Sequence record: SRR2962707_1965
Direction: 5' to 3' (one strand)
DNA length: 32,937 nt
Part shown: positions 8,878 to 17,888 of the stretch, piece after piece
Position numbering within the stretch: position 1 is the first letter of the stretch
Layout: each line of letters starts with the position of its first letter
Translations under genes and position numbers: made by a program
Notes under the pieces: generated by a model
Database searches by the model: none
What the model was told of the DNA's origin: nothing
Seen by the model: the letters and a program-made list of their open reading frames with translations, nothing else

Positions 8878-9344
8878 AACTATACCTGGTCATTGGGCTG
8901 GTCGTTACCGCGCTTTGCGGGGCCCTTTGGGCCAGCATCGAGCGGAACATGGAAACCAGCGCGAAACTGGCATCAACCGCCCAGGCATTGAACCTGCAGA
9001 AACAAGAGGCAGAGCAGACACAGGCCAGACTCACGGAGATGACAGAGGCCCGAGACCGCCTGGCTGATCGGATTGAACGAATCGAGTCGAAGGGCTCCGA
9101 CCTGGAAGCTGCCCTCGAGACTGAAAGAGCAGACCGGGCCCAACTGGAGAAAGAGAATGAAGTCTATCGTAACTGGGCTCGCACTGAGCTCCCTGATGTT
9201 GTTGTCCGCCTGCTCCGGAAAGGTCCAATACGTCCAGACAACGGAATACCTGGTGTGCAGCAACGTGAAGGCACTGGCGATTCAGGAGCGTCACCCGGGC
9301 CGAGATGGGATGAACCAGAACGGCGACCTGCTGGATCTGATTGA
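8874..9344 (+). CDS. lysB: Inner-membrane spanin (LysB/Rz-like)
   Basis: N-terminal TM, coiled coil, EN...R.WA.T.LP..V.RL motif. Confidence 0.85.
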   Translation: MKLYLVIGLVVTALCGALWASIERNMETSAKLASTAQALNLQKQEAEQTQARLTEMTEARDRLADRIERIESKGSDLEAALETERADRAQLEKENEVYRNWARTELPDVVVRLLRKGPIRPDNGIPGVQQREGTGDSGASPGPRWDEPERRPAGSD

Positions 9345-9456
9345 CCGGTACAGCATCAAACTCACCACCCAGAACGATCGCATGACTGAAATCTGGGACG
9401 AGATCGAAAGCTGCGAACAGAAAGCCCAGCAGATGAGCACGCAGGAGCCAGAATGA
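9157..9456 (+). CDS. lysC: Outer-membrane spanin lipoprotein (LysC/Rz1-like), overlapping lysB
   Basis: Signal peptide with lipobox LLSAC; NGDL motif; +1-frame overlap with the i-spanin. Confidence 0.82.
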   Translation: MKSIVTGLALSSLMLLSACSGKVQYVQTTEYLVCSNVKALAIQERHPGRDGMNQNGDLLDLIDRYSIKLTTQNDRMTEIWDEIESCEQKAQQMSTQEPE

Positions 9457-9917
9457 AAAAACTTGCCGACCTCCGAAATCACATACTGGCCAATGTATTG
9501 GACCTCAAGCGGAACCCGGATAAGCTTCTGAGTTTCATCGAGGATGGAAACATCGAATTCTGGCAGGGCCCGAACCTGAGCCACATGTATACCCTTCCGA
9601 TCAGAATTATCGTCACCGATTACAGCGGCGATCTTGACCTCCTGATACTGCCCATTCTCTCCTGGCTGGCATACCGTGAGCCTTGCGCGGATCCGCAACG
9701 CTCCATCAGCTTTGAGGCCGAGCTCCTGAACAACAACAGCTACGACATCAGCATCACTGTGAACGTGACCGAGCGGGTGATCGTGACCGCGCTGGAGACT
9801 GGTTTCCAGACCGAGCACGTATTGCCTGAGCCAGAGATGCAAATGAACCCGGATTCCGAGTGGCAGATCATCATGGACCTCCACGGCCTGACCGAACAGG
9901 TACCGGGCGATGACTGA
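9453..9917 (+). CDS. R: Tail completion protein (P2 gpR)
   Basis: NPDKL..FI..G, DISI....TERVIV, H..PEP. Confidence 0.92.
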   Translation: MKKLADLRNHILANVLDLKRNPDKLLSFIEDGNIEFWQGPNLSHMYTLPIRIIVTDYSGDLDLLILPILSWLAYREPCADPQRSISFEAELLNNNSYDISITVNVTERVIVTALETGFQTEHVLPEPEMQMNPDSEWQIIMDLHGLTEQVPGDD

Positions 9918-10365
9918 CGACATCGACGCCCTCGCCGGCTGGGTGGAACCGCTGCTGCGGAAGATGGATCCAGCCGAACGCCGCAAGCTGATGAAAACCA
10001 TTTCCCGGGATCTCCGGAAAGAGAACCAGGAGCGGATGAAAGCCCAGGAAGGGCCCGATGGTCAGAAATGGGACCCGAGAAAGAAAAGGAACCTACGCGG
10101 TAAACGCGGCCAGATTCGAAAAAAGGCTATGTTTACCAAGTTGAGGACAGCAAAGTACCTCAAGATCAGAACCAGCCCGGATTCCGCCGGCTTGGCTTTT
10201 GCCGGACCAGCAGCCCGAATCGCCGTGATCCACCACTACGGCCTTCGAGCAAAGGTGGACAAAAACGGCCCGATCTATGACTACCCTGCTCGCCGCCTGA
10301 TTGGCTTTGGTCGGGGCGACCTTGAACTCATCGCCGACCGCGTCCTGGAACACATCCAGCCCTAA
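9910..10365 (+). CDS. S: Virion morphogenesis/tail completion protein (P2 gpS)
   Basis: Q..PDG..W.PRK, MF.KLR..KYLK, RIA.IHHYGL, YPARRLIG. Confidence 0.94.
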   Translation: MTDDIDALAGWVEPLLRKMDPAERRKLMKTISRDLRKENQERMKAQEGPDGQKWDPRKKRNLRGKRGQIRKKAMFTKLRTAKYLKIRTSPDSAGLAFAGPAARIAVIHHYGLRAKVDKNGPIYDYPARRLIGFGRGDLELIADRVLEHIQP

Positions 10366-10375
10366 ACCCTGCTTT

Positions 10376-10396
10376 TTGTTCCGCTGGCCGTTACAA
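10376..10396 (+). promoter_or_regulatory. Ogr-type activator site of late promoter pV
   Basis: TTGT-TCCGCTGGCCGTT-ACAA (N13), centred 57 bp upstream of the V ATG. Confidence 0.7.
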
Positions 10397-10442
10397 CGTC
10401 AACGGCTTCTTATTGTTGGGTCCAAAAATACAAACTGGCCCC

Positions 10443-11003
10443 ATGAATACTCTCGCTGAAGCCTTCCGCCTGATCAACAACATTGTCCGAATCGGCCAAG
10501 TGGCCGAAGTCGATGTCTCGCGCGCGCGCGCCCGCATCCAGGCTGGAGACAACCTCACAGGTTGGCAGCCATGGGTATCTGCGAGAACCGGTACCAGCTT
10601 GGAATGGGATCCACCCACCGTTGGGGAACAAGTAGTTCTGCTCTCCCCGTCTGGCGACCTGGCACAGGCAATCATTGTGACCGGGCTATATAAGCAGAAC
10701 GCACCCTCCGAAAGCGCCGACGAGCATAAGCGAGTTTACCCGGACGGTGCCAGCATCACCTACGACCATGTGAAGAAAGAGCTGGTCGCCAGCTTTCCCG
10801 GAAAGGTGAACATCAACATAACCGGCGACGCCACAGTCAACGTAGGCGGAAACGCCACTACAGCGGTGGCCGGAACGTGCAGAGTCAATGCTCTGAAGAT
10901 TCATCACAACAATGGCAATCCTGTCGTCACCACGGGCCACATCTGCCATTTCACCGGCCTTCCGCATGGTGATGGATCTAGCACAGTAACAGCGGGGAAA
11001 TAG
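10443..11003 (+). CDS. V: Baseplate spike protein (P2 gpV)
   Basis: RLINNIVRIG.V, W.PPTVGEQV..LSPSGD, YPDGA.I.YD. Confidence 0.94.
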   Translation: MNTLAEAFRLINNIVRIGQVAEVDVSRARARIQAGDNLTGWQPWVSARTGTSLEWDPPTVGEQVVLLSPSGDLAQAIIVTGLYKQNAPSESADEHKRVYPDGASITYDHVKKELVASFPGKVNINITGDATVNVGGNATTAVAGTCRVNALKIHHNNGNPVVTTGHICHFTGLPHGDGSSTVTAGK

Positions 11004-11005
11004 CC

Positions 11006-11203
11006 ATGGCCCTAAGCAAGAGTCAGCTGAAAACCCGGATCATCAATGAAATGAAAGCTCAGGGCGCTAACGAAACAGGCCCCTTCAGCTGGGTTGAGAA
11101 AATGGCCGAGGCCATTTCCAACGCCGTGGTGGATGAGATTCAAGCGAACGCGCAAGTGCCAGTAACAGGCGGCTCCAGTGCCGGTACCTACAAGGTCGAA
11201 TGA
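11006..11203 (+). CDS. Small baseplate-region hypothetical protein
   Basis: 65-aa ORF tightly packed between V and W. Confidence 0.75.
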   Translation: MALSKSQLKTRIINEMKAQGANETGPFSWVEKMAEAISNAVVDEIQANAQVPVTGGSSAGTYKVE

Positions 11204-11544
11204 TGGGAATGAATGCAGCGACGGGCCGTTACCTGTCCGGAACAGCACATATCAGTCAGAGCATCGGTACCATTTTAGCGACACCGTTGGGATCCCGCGT
11301 TATGCGCCGGGATTTCGGTTCGTTGATCCCTGAACTGATTGATCAACCCCTGAATCGTGCCACCGTGCTCAGGCTTTACAGTGCGGCCGTTGTTGCTATT
11401 CAACAGTGGGAACCAAGGGTTCGCGTTGGCAACGTCAACCGCTCCGTGGGCGAGGACGGCCGCTTTACCCTTGAGATTTCTCTGACCAGGACTGACACCG
11501 GTGAATCCGATCAGATCCGCGTGCCGGTAGGAGGTACGCTGTGA
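11200..11544 (+). CDS. W: Baseplate wedge protein (P2 gpW, gp25-like)
   Basis: HISQSI..IL.TP.GSRVMRR.FGS, AI..WEPR. Confidence 0.95.
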   Translation: MMGMNAATGRYLSGTAHISQSIGTILATPLGSRVMRRDFGSLIPELIDQPLNRATVLRLYSAAVVAIQQWEPRVRVGNVNRSVGEDGRFTLEISLTRTDTGESDQIRVPVGGTL

Positions 11545-12452
11545 GCGGCCCAATTGATCTATCCAGACTCCCCAAGCCCAAGGTTATCGAGGAGCTGGAT
11601 TACGAAACCATCCTGGAACAACGGAAACAGAAACTGCTTTCCCTGGTACCTGAAGACCGGCGCCAAGAGGTGGAGGAAACGCTCGCCCTGGAATCCGAAC
11701 CCCTCACCATTCAGTTGCAGGAGAATGCCTACCGTGAGCTGGTATGGCGTAAGCGGGTAAACGAAGCGGCAGTGGCCAACATGCTGGCGTTTGCCGAGGA
11801 TGAAGATCTGGACAACCTGGTTGCCAACTTCGACACCGAACGGTTGATGGTGGATCCAGGCGATCCGAACTCCATCCCGCCGATACAGCCCACCTACGAA
11901 TCCAACGATAGCCTGCGGCTGCGCTCACAACAGTCCTGGGAAGGTTTGAGTGTGGCCGGACCAACCAAAGCCTACGAGTTCCATGCCTTGTCGGCTGATG
12001 GCCGGGTTTCTGATGCCAGGGCGATCAGTCCAAACCCGGCCTATGTAACGGTCACCCTTCTGTCATCTGAAGGCAATGGCACAGCCAGTCAGGAAATTAT
12101 CACCAACGTCGACACGGCCCTCTCTGCAGAGGATATCCGCCCGGTCGGCGACCGCCTGACCGTTCAGTCGGCGACCATCATTAACTACCAGGTAGAAGCT
12201 ACCCTATACGTCTACCCTGGCCCGGAACAGGAACCCATCATCGAAGCTGCCCGAGCCTCACTCGACAACTATATCGGCACCCAGCGCCGTATTGGTCGGG
12301 ATATACGCATCTCAGCTCTACACGCAGCCCTGCACGTAGAAGGCGTCCAGCGAGTGGAGCTAACTTCACCCGCGTCGGACGTGGTGCTGGACGAGACCGA
12401 GGCAGCCTACTGCACCAGCGTTAGCGTCGTAATTGGTGGTTCCGATGAGTGA
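11541..12452 (+). CDS. J: Baseplate protein J
   Basis: IDLS.LP.P.VIE.LDYE, LESEP, GLSVAGP..AY.FHA.SAD, RPVGDR. Confidence 0.96.
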   Translation: MSGPIDLSRLPKPKVIEELDYETILEQRKQKLLSLVPEDRRQEVEETLALESEPLTIQLQENAYRELVWRKRVNEAAVANMLAFAEDEDLDNLVANFDTERLMVDPGDPNSIPPIQPTYESNDSLRLRSQQSWEGLSVAGPTKAYEFHALSADGRVSDARAISPNPAYVTVTLLSSEGNGTASQEIITNVDTALSAEDIRPVGDRLTVQSATIINYQVEATLYVYPGPEQEPIIEAARASLDNYIGTQRRIGRDIRISALHAALHVEGVQRVELTSPASDVVLDETEAAYCTSVSVVIGGSDE

Positions 12453-13071
12453 CGACCGCACTCCTCTGCTACCCAGCAACGCGACGCCGCTTGAACGGGC
12501 TGCCTCTGAAGCTCTGGCCGATATCCAGCGGGTACCAGTGCCATTGCGCACCCTATGGAACCCGCATAGTTGCCCGGCGCGACTGCTGCCTTATCTGGCC
12601 TGGGCCTTCAGCGTCGATCGCTGGGACCCAACCTGGACGGAAGCGGCCAAACGCGACGTGATCGCCACCAGCTTTTACGTGCACAAGAAAAAGGGAACGA
12701 TCAGCGCCCTACGCCGGGTCGTCGAGCCGCTTGGGTATCTGTTGGAGGTAACCGAATGGTGGGAAACCACACCAGTGGGCACGCCGGGGACGTTCGCCCT
12801 GCGCATCGGTGTACTGAACACCGGCATCACAGATGCCATGTACCAGGAACTGGAAAGGCTCATCGATGACGCAAAACCTGCCAGCCGCCACATCACGGGG
12901 CTGGACCTTGCCGGCGAGACGTTCGGCACTTTCTACGCTGGTGCAGCTACTTACGATGGCGATGCTACAGAAGTCCTGCCCTATCAGCCTGGCACCATCG
13001 CCGTAAGCGGACCTTTATTCGTCTGCATGGCAACTGACAGCAACGATTCAGCAACGGTTTATCCGCAATAG
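12445..13071 (+). CDS. I: Tail/baseplate protein I
   Basis: LLP.NAT.LE, LWNP..CP..LLPYLAWAFSVDRWD, HKKKGT, AKP.SRH. Confidence 0.96.
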   Translation: MSDDRTPLLPSNATPLERAASEALADIQRVPVPLRTLWNPHSCPARLLPYLAWAFSVDRWDPTWTEAAKRDVIATSFYVHKKKGTISALRRVVEPLGYLLEVTEWWETTPVGTPGTFALRIGVLNTGITDAMYQELERLIDDAKPASRHITGLDLAGETFGTFYAGAATYDGDATEVLPYQPGTIAVSGPLFVCMATDSNDSATVYPQ

Positions 13072-13079
13072 GAGAGCGC

Positions 13080-14270
13080 ATGCCAAGCTTCTACACCATC
13101 CTCACTGACGTAGGCCAGGCCAAGCTGGCGAACGCGATCGCCCTGGGGCAAACCATTGAAATCACCGATCTGGCAGTAGGTGACGGCAATGGCGCCCTGC
13201 CAACGCCCGAAACCTCCCGTACCGCCCTGCTAAATGAAGTGCGCCGTGCACCGATAAACCTGAGTGAAGTGGATGGCCAGAATCCCAACTGGGTAGTAGT
13301 TGAGCAAGTACTACCTCCAGACGTAGGCGGTTGGACGATTCGAGAGATCGGGGTTTTCGATATCGATGGCGATTTGATCGGGTATGGCAACTACCCAGAG
13401 ACCTACAAGCCAGTATTGGCCGAAGGCTCCAGCCGAACTCAGACAATCCGCTTCGTGATGGAAGTTTCCGACACCGAGGCAGTGACACTCAAAGTAGATC
13501 CATCGGTGGTTCTCGCTACCCGTGGCTATTCGGATAGCGCTGTGAATTCTCACAACGAAAAAACCGGTGGAGTACACGGAATCCCAGAAGGCCAAACTGC
13601 CCTTCATTCGGGACAAAAAGCATCCACATCCGAAGCCAAGCAAGGCACGCCAGGAAAATTCCCCGATGCTGCTGGAGTGCGTGAGGCGTTCGGCCAGTTT
13701 GGTTTAGGCGGTGGATCTCTGAGGTCTGGAGATATCAACGAAGTAGTCGCCTCAGGCTTTTACTATTCAACAGGCAATCCGGCTGGTGAAAGCAATCGGC
13801 CAGCAGACGCTGACGAGAATGGATATCTCTATGTCGCAAGGCATGGGAGCAATGGTAGTTATGCTTGCCAAATCTTTATCCCCTATGACCAAAACAGAAT
13901 GTTCTTCCGGAGATTGAATGGCGTTAATGGATGGCAGCCATGGGTAGAAGTCGCCCACACCGGAAATATGCCAGCAGTGAAAGCCACCAATGGGTATGAG
14001 CAGCTTCCCAACGGCATGATCCGTCAATGGGGTGAAGTCACGGTTACCACCAACACTCAAAGCGTGATTTTTCCAATCGCGTTCCCAAACGAGTGCGTCT
14101 CTTTCCAGCCTACGCACGTTAGCGAACTGACGAATCGCTATGTCATCTCCCAAGCCACCGGAAAAAGTCAAAACGATGGACAGCTGGCTCTTTACTCCGC
14201 CGAACCCGGTGCGGCGCCCATAGGTAACAACATAAGCTTGACCGTCGGATGGTCAGCCATTGGATACTGA
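13080..14270 (+). CDS. H: Tail fibre protein (P2 gpH-like)
   Basis: P2-type N-terminus (ILT..G.AKLANA, GGWTIREIG, PETYKP.L.EGS.RTQ, DPSVVLATR); knob-like middle; NGY..LPNG.I.QWG C-terminus. Confidence 0.93.
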   Translation: MPSFYTILTDVGQAKLANAIALGQTIEITDLAVGDGNGALPTPETSRTALLNEVRRAPINLSEVDGQNPNWVVVEQVLPPDVGGWTIREIGVFDIDGDLIGYGNYPETYKPVLAEGSSRTQTIRFVMEVSDTEAVTLKVDPSVVLATRGYSDSAVNSHNEKTGGVHGIPEGQTALHSGQKASTSEAKQGTPGKFPDAAGVREAFGQFGLGGGSLRSGDINEVVASGFYYSTGNPAGESNRPADADENGYLYVARHGSNGSYACQIFIPYDQNRMFFRRLNGVNGWQPWVEVAHTGNMPAVKATNGYEQLPNGMIRQWGEVTVTTNTQSVIFPIAFPNECVSFQPTHVSELTNRYVISQATGKSQNDGQLALYSAEPGAAPIGNNISLTVGWSAIGY

Positions 14271-14279
14271 GGACTAGCC

Positions 14280-14882
14280 ATGTATTACCAAAGCAGTAAA
14301 AACGCGTTCTTACCTGACGACATGATTGAGCTCTACGCCCTCAAAGAAGGCTGGCCAGAGGACGAATTGCCCGCTGATGTAATTGAGGTCACCGATTCCG
14401 AATGGCTTACCTATGGTCTGAGTTCACCCCCTCCTGGGATGCAAAGAGGTCCCGGTGAAGATGGTCGTCCAACCTGGGTACCAACTCCATCAGAAGAAGA
14501 CTCCGTGCTTCGAAACCGAGCGATTGTCAGCATCGATACAGCAGCTGGCAACGCCAGATCTCGCTATGTAAGTGCAGGACAATTAGTTGAACAAGAGTAT
14601 CGACTCGCGTTGCAACAGGTAGAAATGTGGCGACAGGAAGGCAGCCCCTCAGAAAATGTGCCGCCCGCCGTCAAAGATTGGGCAGAGGCTGAAGGTATCA
14701 GTTTCGAGATAGCTGCAGCTAGCATCGAGCAAACCGCAGCAGACTGGGAACAGGTATTGATCACTATTCGAAGAATCCGACTTGCAGGCAAGGCCTCCGT
14801 CAAATCAACACCTGACGGAAGCGACTTTTCCGGTATAGCTCAACCCTTTATTGATCAGTTGAATGCAATGGAGCCCACATGA
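14280..14882 (+). CDS. Tail fibre assembly/chaperone protein
   Basis: YY....NAF..., P.D.IEV, G.DGRP.WV N-terminal motif; directly follows the fibre gene. Confidence 0.8.
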   Translation: MYYQSSKNAFLPDDMIELYALKEGWPEDELPADVIEVTDSEWLTYGLSSPPPGMQRGPGEDGRPTWVPTPSEEDSVLRNRAIVSIDTAAGNARSRYVSAGQLVEQEYRLALQQVEMWRQEGSPSENVPPAVKDWAEAEGISFEIAAASIEQTAADWEQVLITIRRIRLAGKASVKSTPDGSDFSGIAQPFIDQLNAMEPT

Positions 14883-15304
14883 TCACACTCCAGTTCTCGA
14901 CCAGAAAAGGGGTCGGTAGCCAAGTGATCCGCTGGGCTACATGGTCACCCTACAGTCACGTGGATTTAGTGCTGGACGACGGGCGACTACTAGGAGCGAC
15001 GGCTCGCTATGGTGTCTCTATTCGAGATCCCGAACCCATCCAGACCTACGCACGATTTCAAGTGTCTGGTTCGGTGGAGACGATCGAGGCAGCCCGCAGC
15101 CAGATCGGCAGACCCTACGACTGGCCGGGTATTCTCGGCTGGGGTTTCCGCCGAAACTGGCAGGACCAGAATGCCTGGTTCTGCTCTGAGCTGATCGCCT
15201 GGGCATTTGAGCAGGCGGGCTGCCCGTTGCTTCGTGGTGATAGAAGCCACAGAATAACCCCAAGGGATCTTTTACTGTCCCCGATGCTCGTTCCTGCGAG
15301 CTAA
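14879..15304 (+). CDS. Permuted papain-like NlpC/P60 enzyme (YiiX/YebB-like)
   Basis: YSHV (His) near the N-terminus, G.PYD, WFCSELI (Cys) near the C-terminus, ITPRDL. Confidence 0.85.
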   Translation: MITLQFSTRKGVGSQVIRWATWSPYSHVDLVLDDGRLLGATARYGVSIRDPEPIQTYARFQVSGSVETIEAARSQIGRPYDWPGILGWGFRRNWQDQNAWFCSELIAWAFEQAGCPLLRGDRSHRITPRDLLLSPMLVPAS

Positions 15305-15316
15305 ACCTGCTGTTTT

Positions 15317-15337
15317 TTGTGCGATCTATTGCCACAA
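15317..15337 (+). promoter_or_regulatory. Ogr-type activator site of late promoter pF
   Basis: TTGT-GCGATCTATTGCC-ACAA (N13) upstream of the sheath gene. Confidence 0.72.
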
Positions 15338-15415
15338 ATCCATAACCTAGCCTCCCAGCCTTCAGCGTTCATCATGGCAGTTAAAACACCGCCATTGAGA
15401 TGACCAGGAGGCGTC

Positions 15416-16930
15416 ATGCCCGACCAATACCACCACGGCGTCCGGGTGCTTGAGATTAACGAAGGCACCCGTACCATTCGCACTGTTTCCACCGCCGTTA
15501 TCGGCCTGGTAGCGACAGCCCCCGAAGCCCTGCCTGGCGTGGCGGCTGAAGCCGTTGTTCCGGCCATTGCCAACAATGCTGATGTGCTGATCACTGCGGC
15601 GGCCGTTGGCACTGCCGGCAACCAGATCCGCGTCCGCTACGTTGATCCAGCGGCGAATTCCGAAGCGTTGGCCGTGAGTGTCAGCGGCAACGATATCACC
15701 GTAACACTGGCCACCGACGCCTCCGGCGTGATCACCAGCACCGCCAACCAGGTGGTTACCGCGATCAACGGCAGCGCCGAGGCCTCAGCCCAGGTCACCG
15801 CTGCCAACGATGCCGGCAGCGATGGTTCCGGCCTGGTCAATGCCGTGGACTTCACCAGCCTGGCCGGTGGCGAGAACGAGCCCTTCCCGCTGAATACCCC
15901 GGTTCTGGTCACCCGAATTGACGAAGCGATCGGCAATGCTGGCACCACCGGCACCCTGCCCAAGGCCCTGGATGCGATCGGCGACCAAACCTCACCGATC
16001 ATGGTTGTCGTTCGGGTTGCCGAGGGCCAGACCGAGCAAGACACCGAAGCTAACGTGATCGGCACTACCAATGCCCAGGGCAAGAAAACGGGCATGAAGG
16101 CACTGCTGGCCGCCGAGCAGAACCTGGGCGTAAAACCCCGCATTCTGGGTGTTCCCGGTCTCGACACCGAGAACGTCACTGCTGAGCTGATCACCATTGC
16201 CCAGCAGCTGCGGGCATTCGCATACGCCTACGCACACAACTGCCAGACCATCTCTGAGGCCATCCTCTACCGTAACGGCTTTGGCGCCCGGGAACTGATG
16301 CTGATCTGGCCGGACTTCACCGCGTTCAACGTCAACACCGCAACCGTGGAACAGGCCGCCGCTGTAGCTCGCGCCATGGGCCTGCGCGCGAAGATCGACC
16401 AGCAGGTGGGCTGGCACAAGACGCTGTCTAACGTGGCGGTAAACGGAGTAACGGGCATCGATAAGGACGTGCACTGGGATCTGCAGGACCCGAACACCGA
16501 CGCCGGCCTGCTCAACGCCAACGAAGTCACCACCCTGATCCAGCGTGACGGTTTCCGTTTCTGGGGTTCCCGGACCTGCAGTTCGGATCCGCTGTTCGCC
16601 TTCGAGAATTACACCCGCACGGCCCAGATCCTCGCCGACACCATCGCTGAGGCGCACATGTGGGCCGTGGACAAACCAATGCATCCATCACTGGCCAAGG
16701 ACATCCTGGAAGGGATCAATGCCAAGTTCCGCGAGCTGAAGCTCCTGGGCTTGATCGTGGATGCACGCGCCTGGCTGGATCCGGAGATCAACACCAAAGA
16801 CACCCTGAAGGCCGGCAAGCTGTACATTGATTACGACTACACCCCGGTACCACCGTTGGAGAACCTGCTGTTCCGTCAGCGGATCACCGACCGGTACCTG
16901 GCCGACTTCGCCGCCCGCGTGAACGCATAA
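15416..16930 (+). CDS. FI: Tail sheath protein (P2 gpFI) with an inserted domain
   Basis: [57 protein letters not shown]. Confidence 0.97.
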   Translation: MPDQYHHGVRVLEINEGTRTIRTVSTAVIGLVATAPEALPGVAAEAVVPAIANNADVLITAAAVGTAGNQIRVRYVDPAANSEALAVSVSGNDITVTLATDASGVITSTANQVVTAINGSAEASAQVTAANDAGSDGSGLVNAVDFTSLAGGENEPFPLNTPVLVTRIDEAIGNAGTTGTLPKALDAIGDQTSPIMVVVRVAEGQTEQDTEANVIGTTNAQGKKTGMKALLAAEQNLGVKPRILGVPGLDTENVTAELITIAQQLRAFAYAYAHNCQTISEAILYRNGFGARELMLIWPDFTAFNVNTATVEQAAAVARAMGLRAKIDQQVGWHKTLSNVAVNGVTGIDKDVHWDLQDPNTDAGLLNANEVTTLIQRDGFRFWGSRTCSSDPLFAFENYTRTAQILADTIAEAHMWAVDKPMHPSLAKDILEGINAKFRELKLLGLIVDARAWLDPEINTKDTLKAGKLYIDYDYTPVPPLENLLFRQRITDRYLADFAARVNA

Positions 16931-16941
16931 GGAGCTGAGCA

Positions 16942-17451
16942 ATGGCACTTCCCAAGAAGCTGAAGCACTTCAACCTGTTCGGCAACGGCGATAACTGGCA
17001 GGGCCAGATCGCCTCCCTCACCCTGCCGCCCATGGTCCGCCAGATGGAGGAGTTCCGTGGCGGCGGCATGAACGCCCCGGTGGACATCGACCAGGGCATG
17101 GAAAAGATGGAGTTCCAGTGGACCCCGGCAGGCCTCATCCCCGGCCTGTTCGACAACTTCGGTACCAGCCAGCTGGACGCCGACCTGCTGCGCTTCTCCG
17201 GCAGCTACCAGCGCGATGACACCGGCGAGACCCTGCCCGTGGAAATCGTGGTCCGTGGCCGTCACCGAGAAATTGCCATGGGCGATGCCGAGCCTGGCAG
17301 TGACAACACCCTGTCCGTCACCACCACACTCAGCTACTTCAAGCTCACCATCGGCGGTGAGGAAGTGGTCGAGATCGACGTGCCCGGCATGGTTGAGCGA
17401 ATCCGAGGCCAGGATCGCCTGGCCGAACACCGCCGCAACATTGGCCTGTAA
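16942..17451 (+). CDS. FII: Tail tube protein (P2 gpFII)
   Basis: MALP.KLK.FNLF, EFRGGGM, LRF.GSYQRDDTG, HR.NIGL. Confidence 0.97.
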   Translation: MALPKKLKHFNLFGNGDNWQGQIASLTLPPMVRQMEEFRGGGMNAPVDIDQGMEKMEFQWTPAGLIPGLFDNFGTSQLDADLLRFSGSYQRDDTGETLPVEIVVRGRHREIAMGDAEPGSDNTLSVTTTLSYFKLTIGGEEVVEIDVPGMVERIRGQDRLAEHRRNIGL

Positions 17452-17463
17452 GGACCCTGATTC

Positions 17464-17748
17464 ATGAGTAAGCCCGTAACTGCAACCGTCGAACTGGATA
17501 CCCCGATCAAGCGCAACCAGGAGGAGGTGGCCAAGCTCACCCTGCGCAAGCCGGCCTCTGGCGAACTGCGTGGCCTATCCCTGGCAGACCTGATCAACAT
17601 GGACGTGGACAGCATCACCAAGGTGCTGCCGCGCATCAGCAACCCCACCCTCACCGAACAGGAAGTGCGTGAGATGGACCCGGCCGATCTGGCCGCCTGC
17701 GGTACCGAGATCGCCGGTTTTTTGCTGCCGAAGCGGTTGAAGGGGTAA
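17464..17748 (+). CDS. E: Tail assembly chaperone (P2 gpE)
   Basis: LDTPI.R, LRKP..GELRG..L, VLPRIS.P.LT, MDPADL. Confidence 0.95.
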   Translation: MSKPVTATVELDTPIKRNQEEVAKLTLRKPASGELRGLSLADLINMDVDSITKVLPRISNPTLTEQEVREMDPADLAACGTEIAGFLLPKRLKG

Positions 17749-17888
17749 TCCCACACCGCGTAGACGAAGCCATGGCTGACATCGCCGCCATCTTCCATTG
17801 GCGGCCGTCAGACATGAACGACATGCCCCTTTCTGAACTCATGGAGTGGCGGGAACACGCCCGCAGGCGAAGCTCGACGGAGGAGTAA
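17716..17888 (+). CDS. gpE' extension produced by a -1 programmed frameshift (gpE+E')
   Basis: Slippery GGTTTTTTG at 17716-17724; the -1 frame is open through MADIAAIFHWRPSDM..M.L.ELM.WRE.A to TAA at 17886-17888. Confidence 0.88.

Noticed and set aside
13080-15304. Tail-fibre inversion system or diversity-generating retroelement
   Set aside because: No invertase, reverse transcriptase, inverted fibre copy or template repeat seen by eye
17716-17888. E/E' frameshift as a novelty or pseudogene
   Set aside because: Well-known programmed -1 frameshift of P2-like phages
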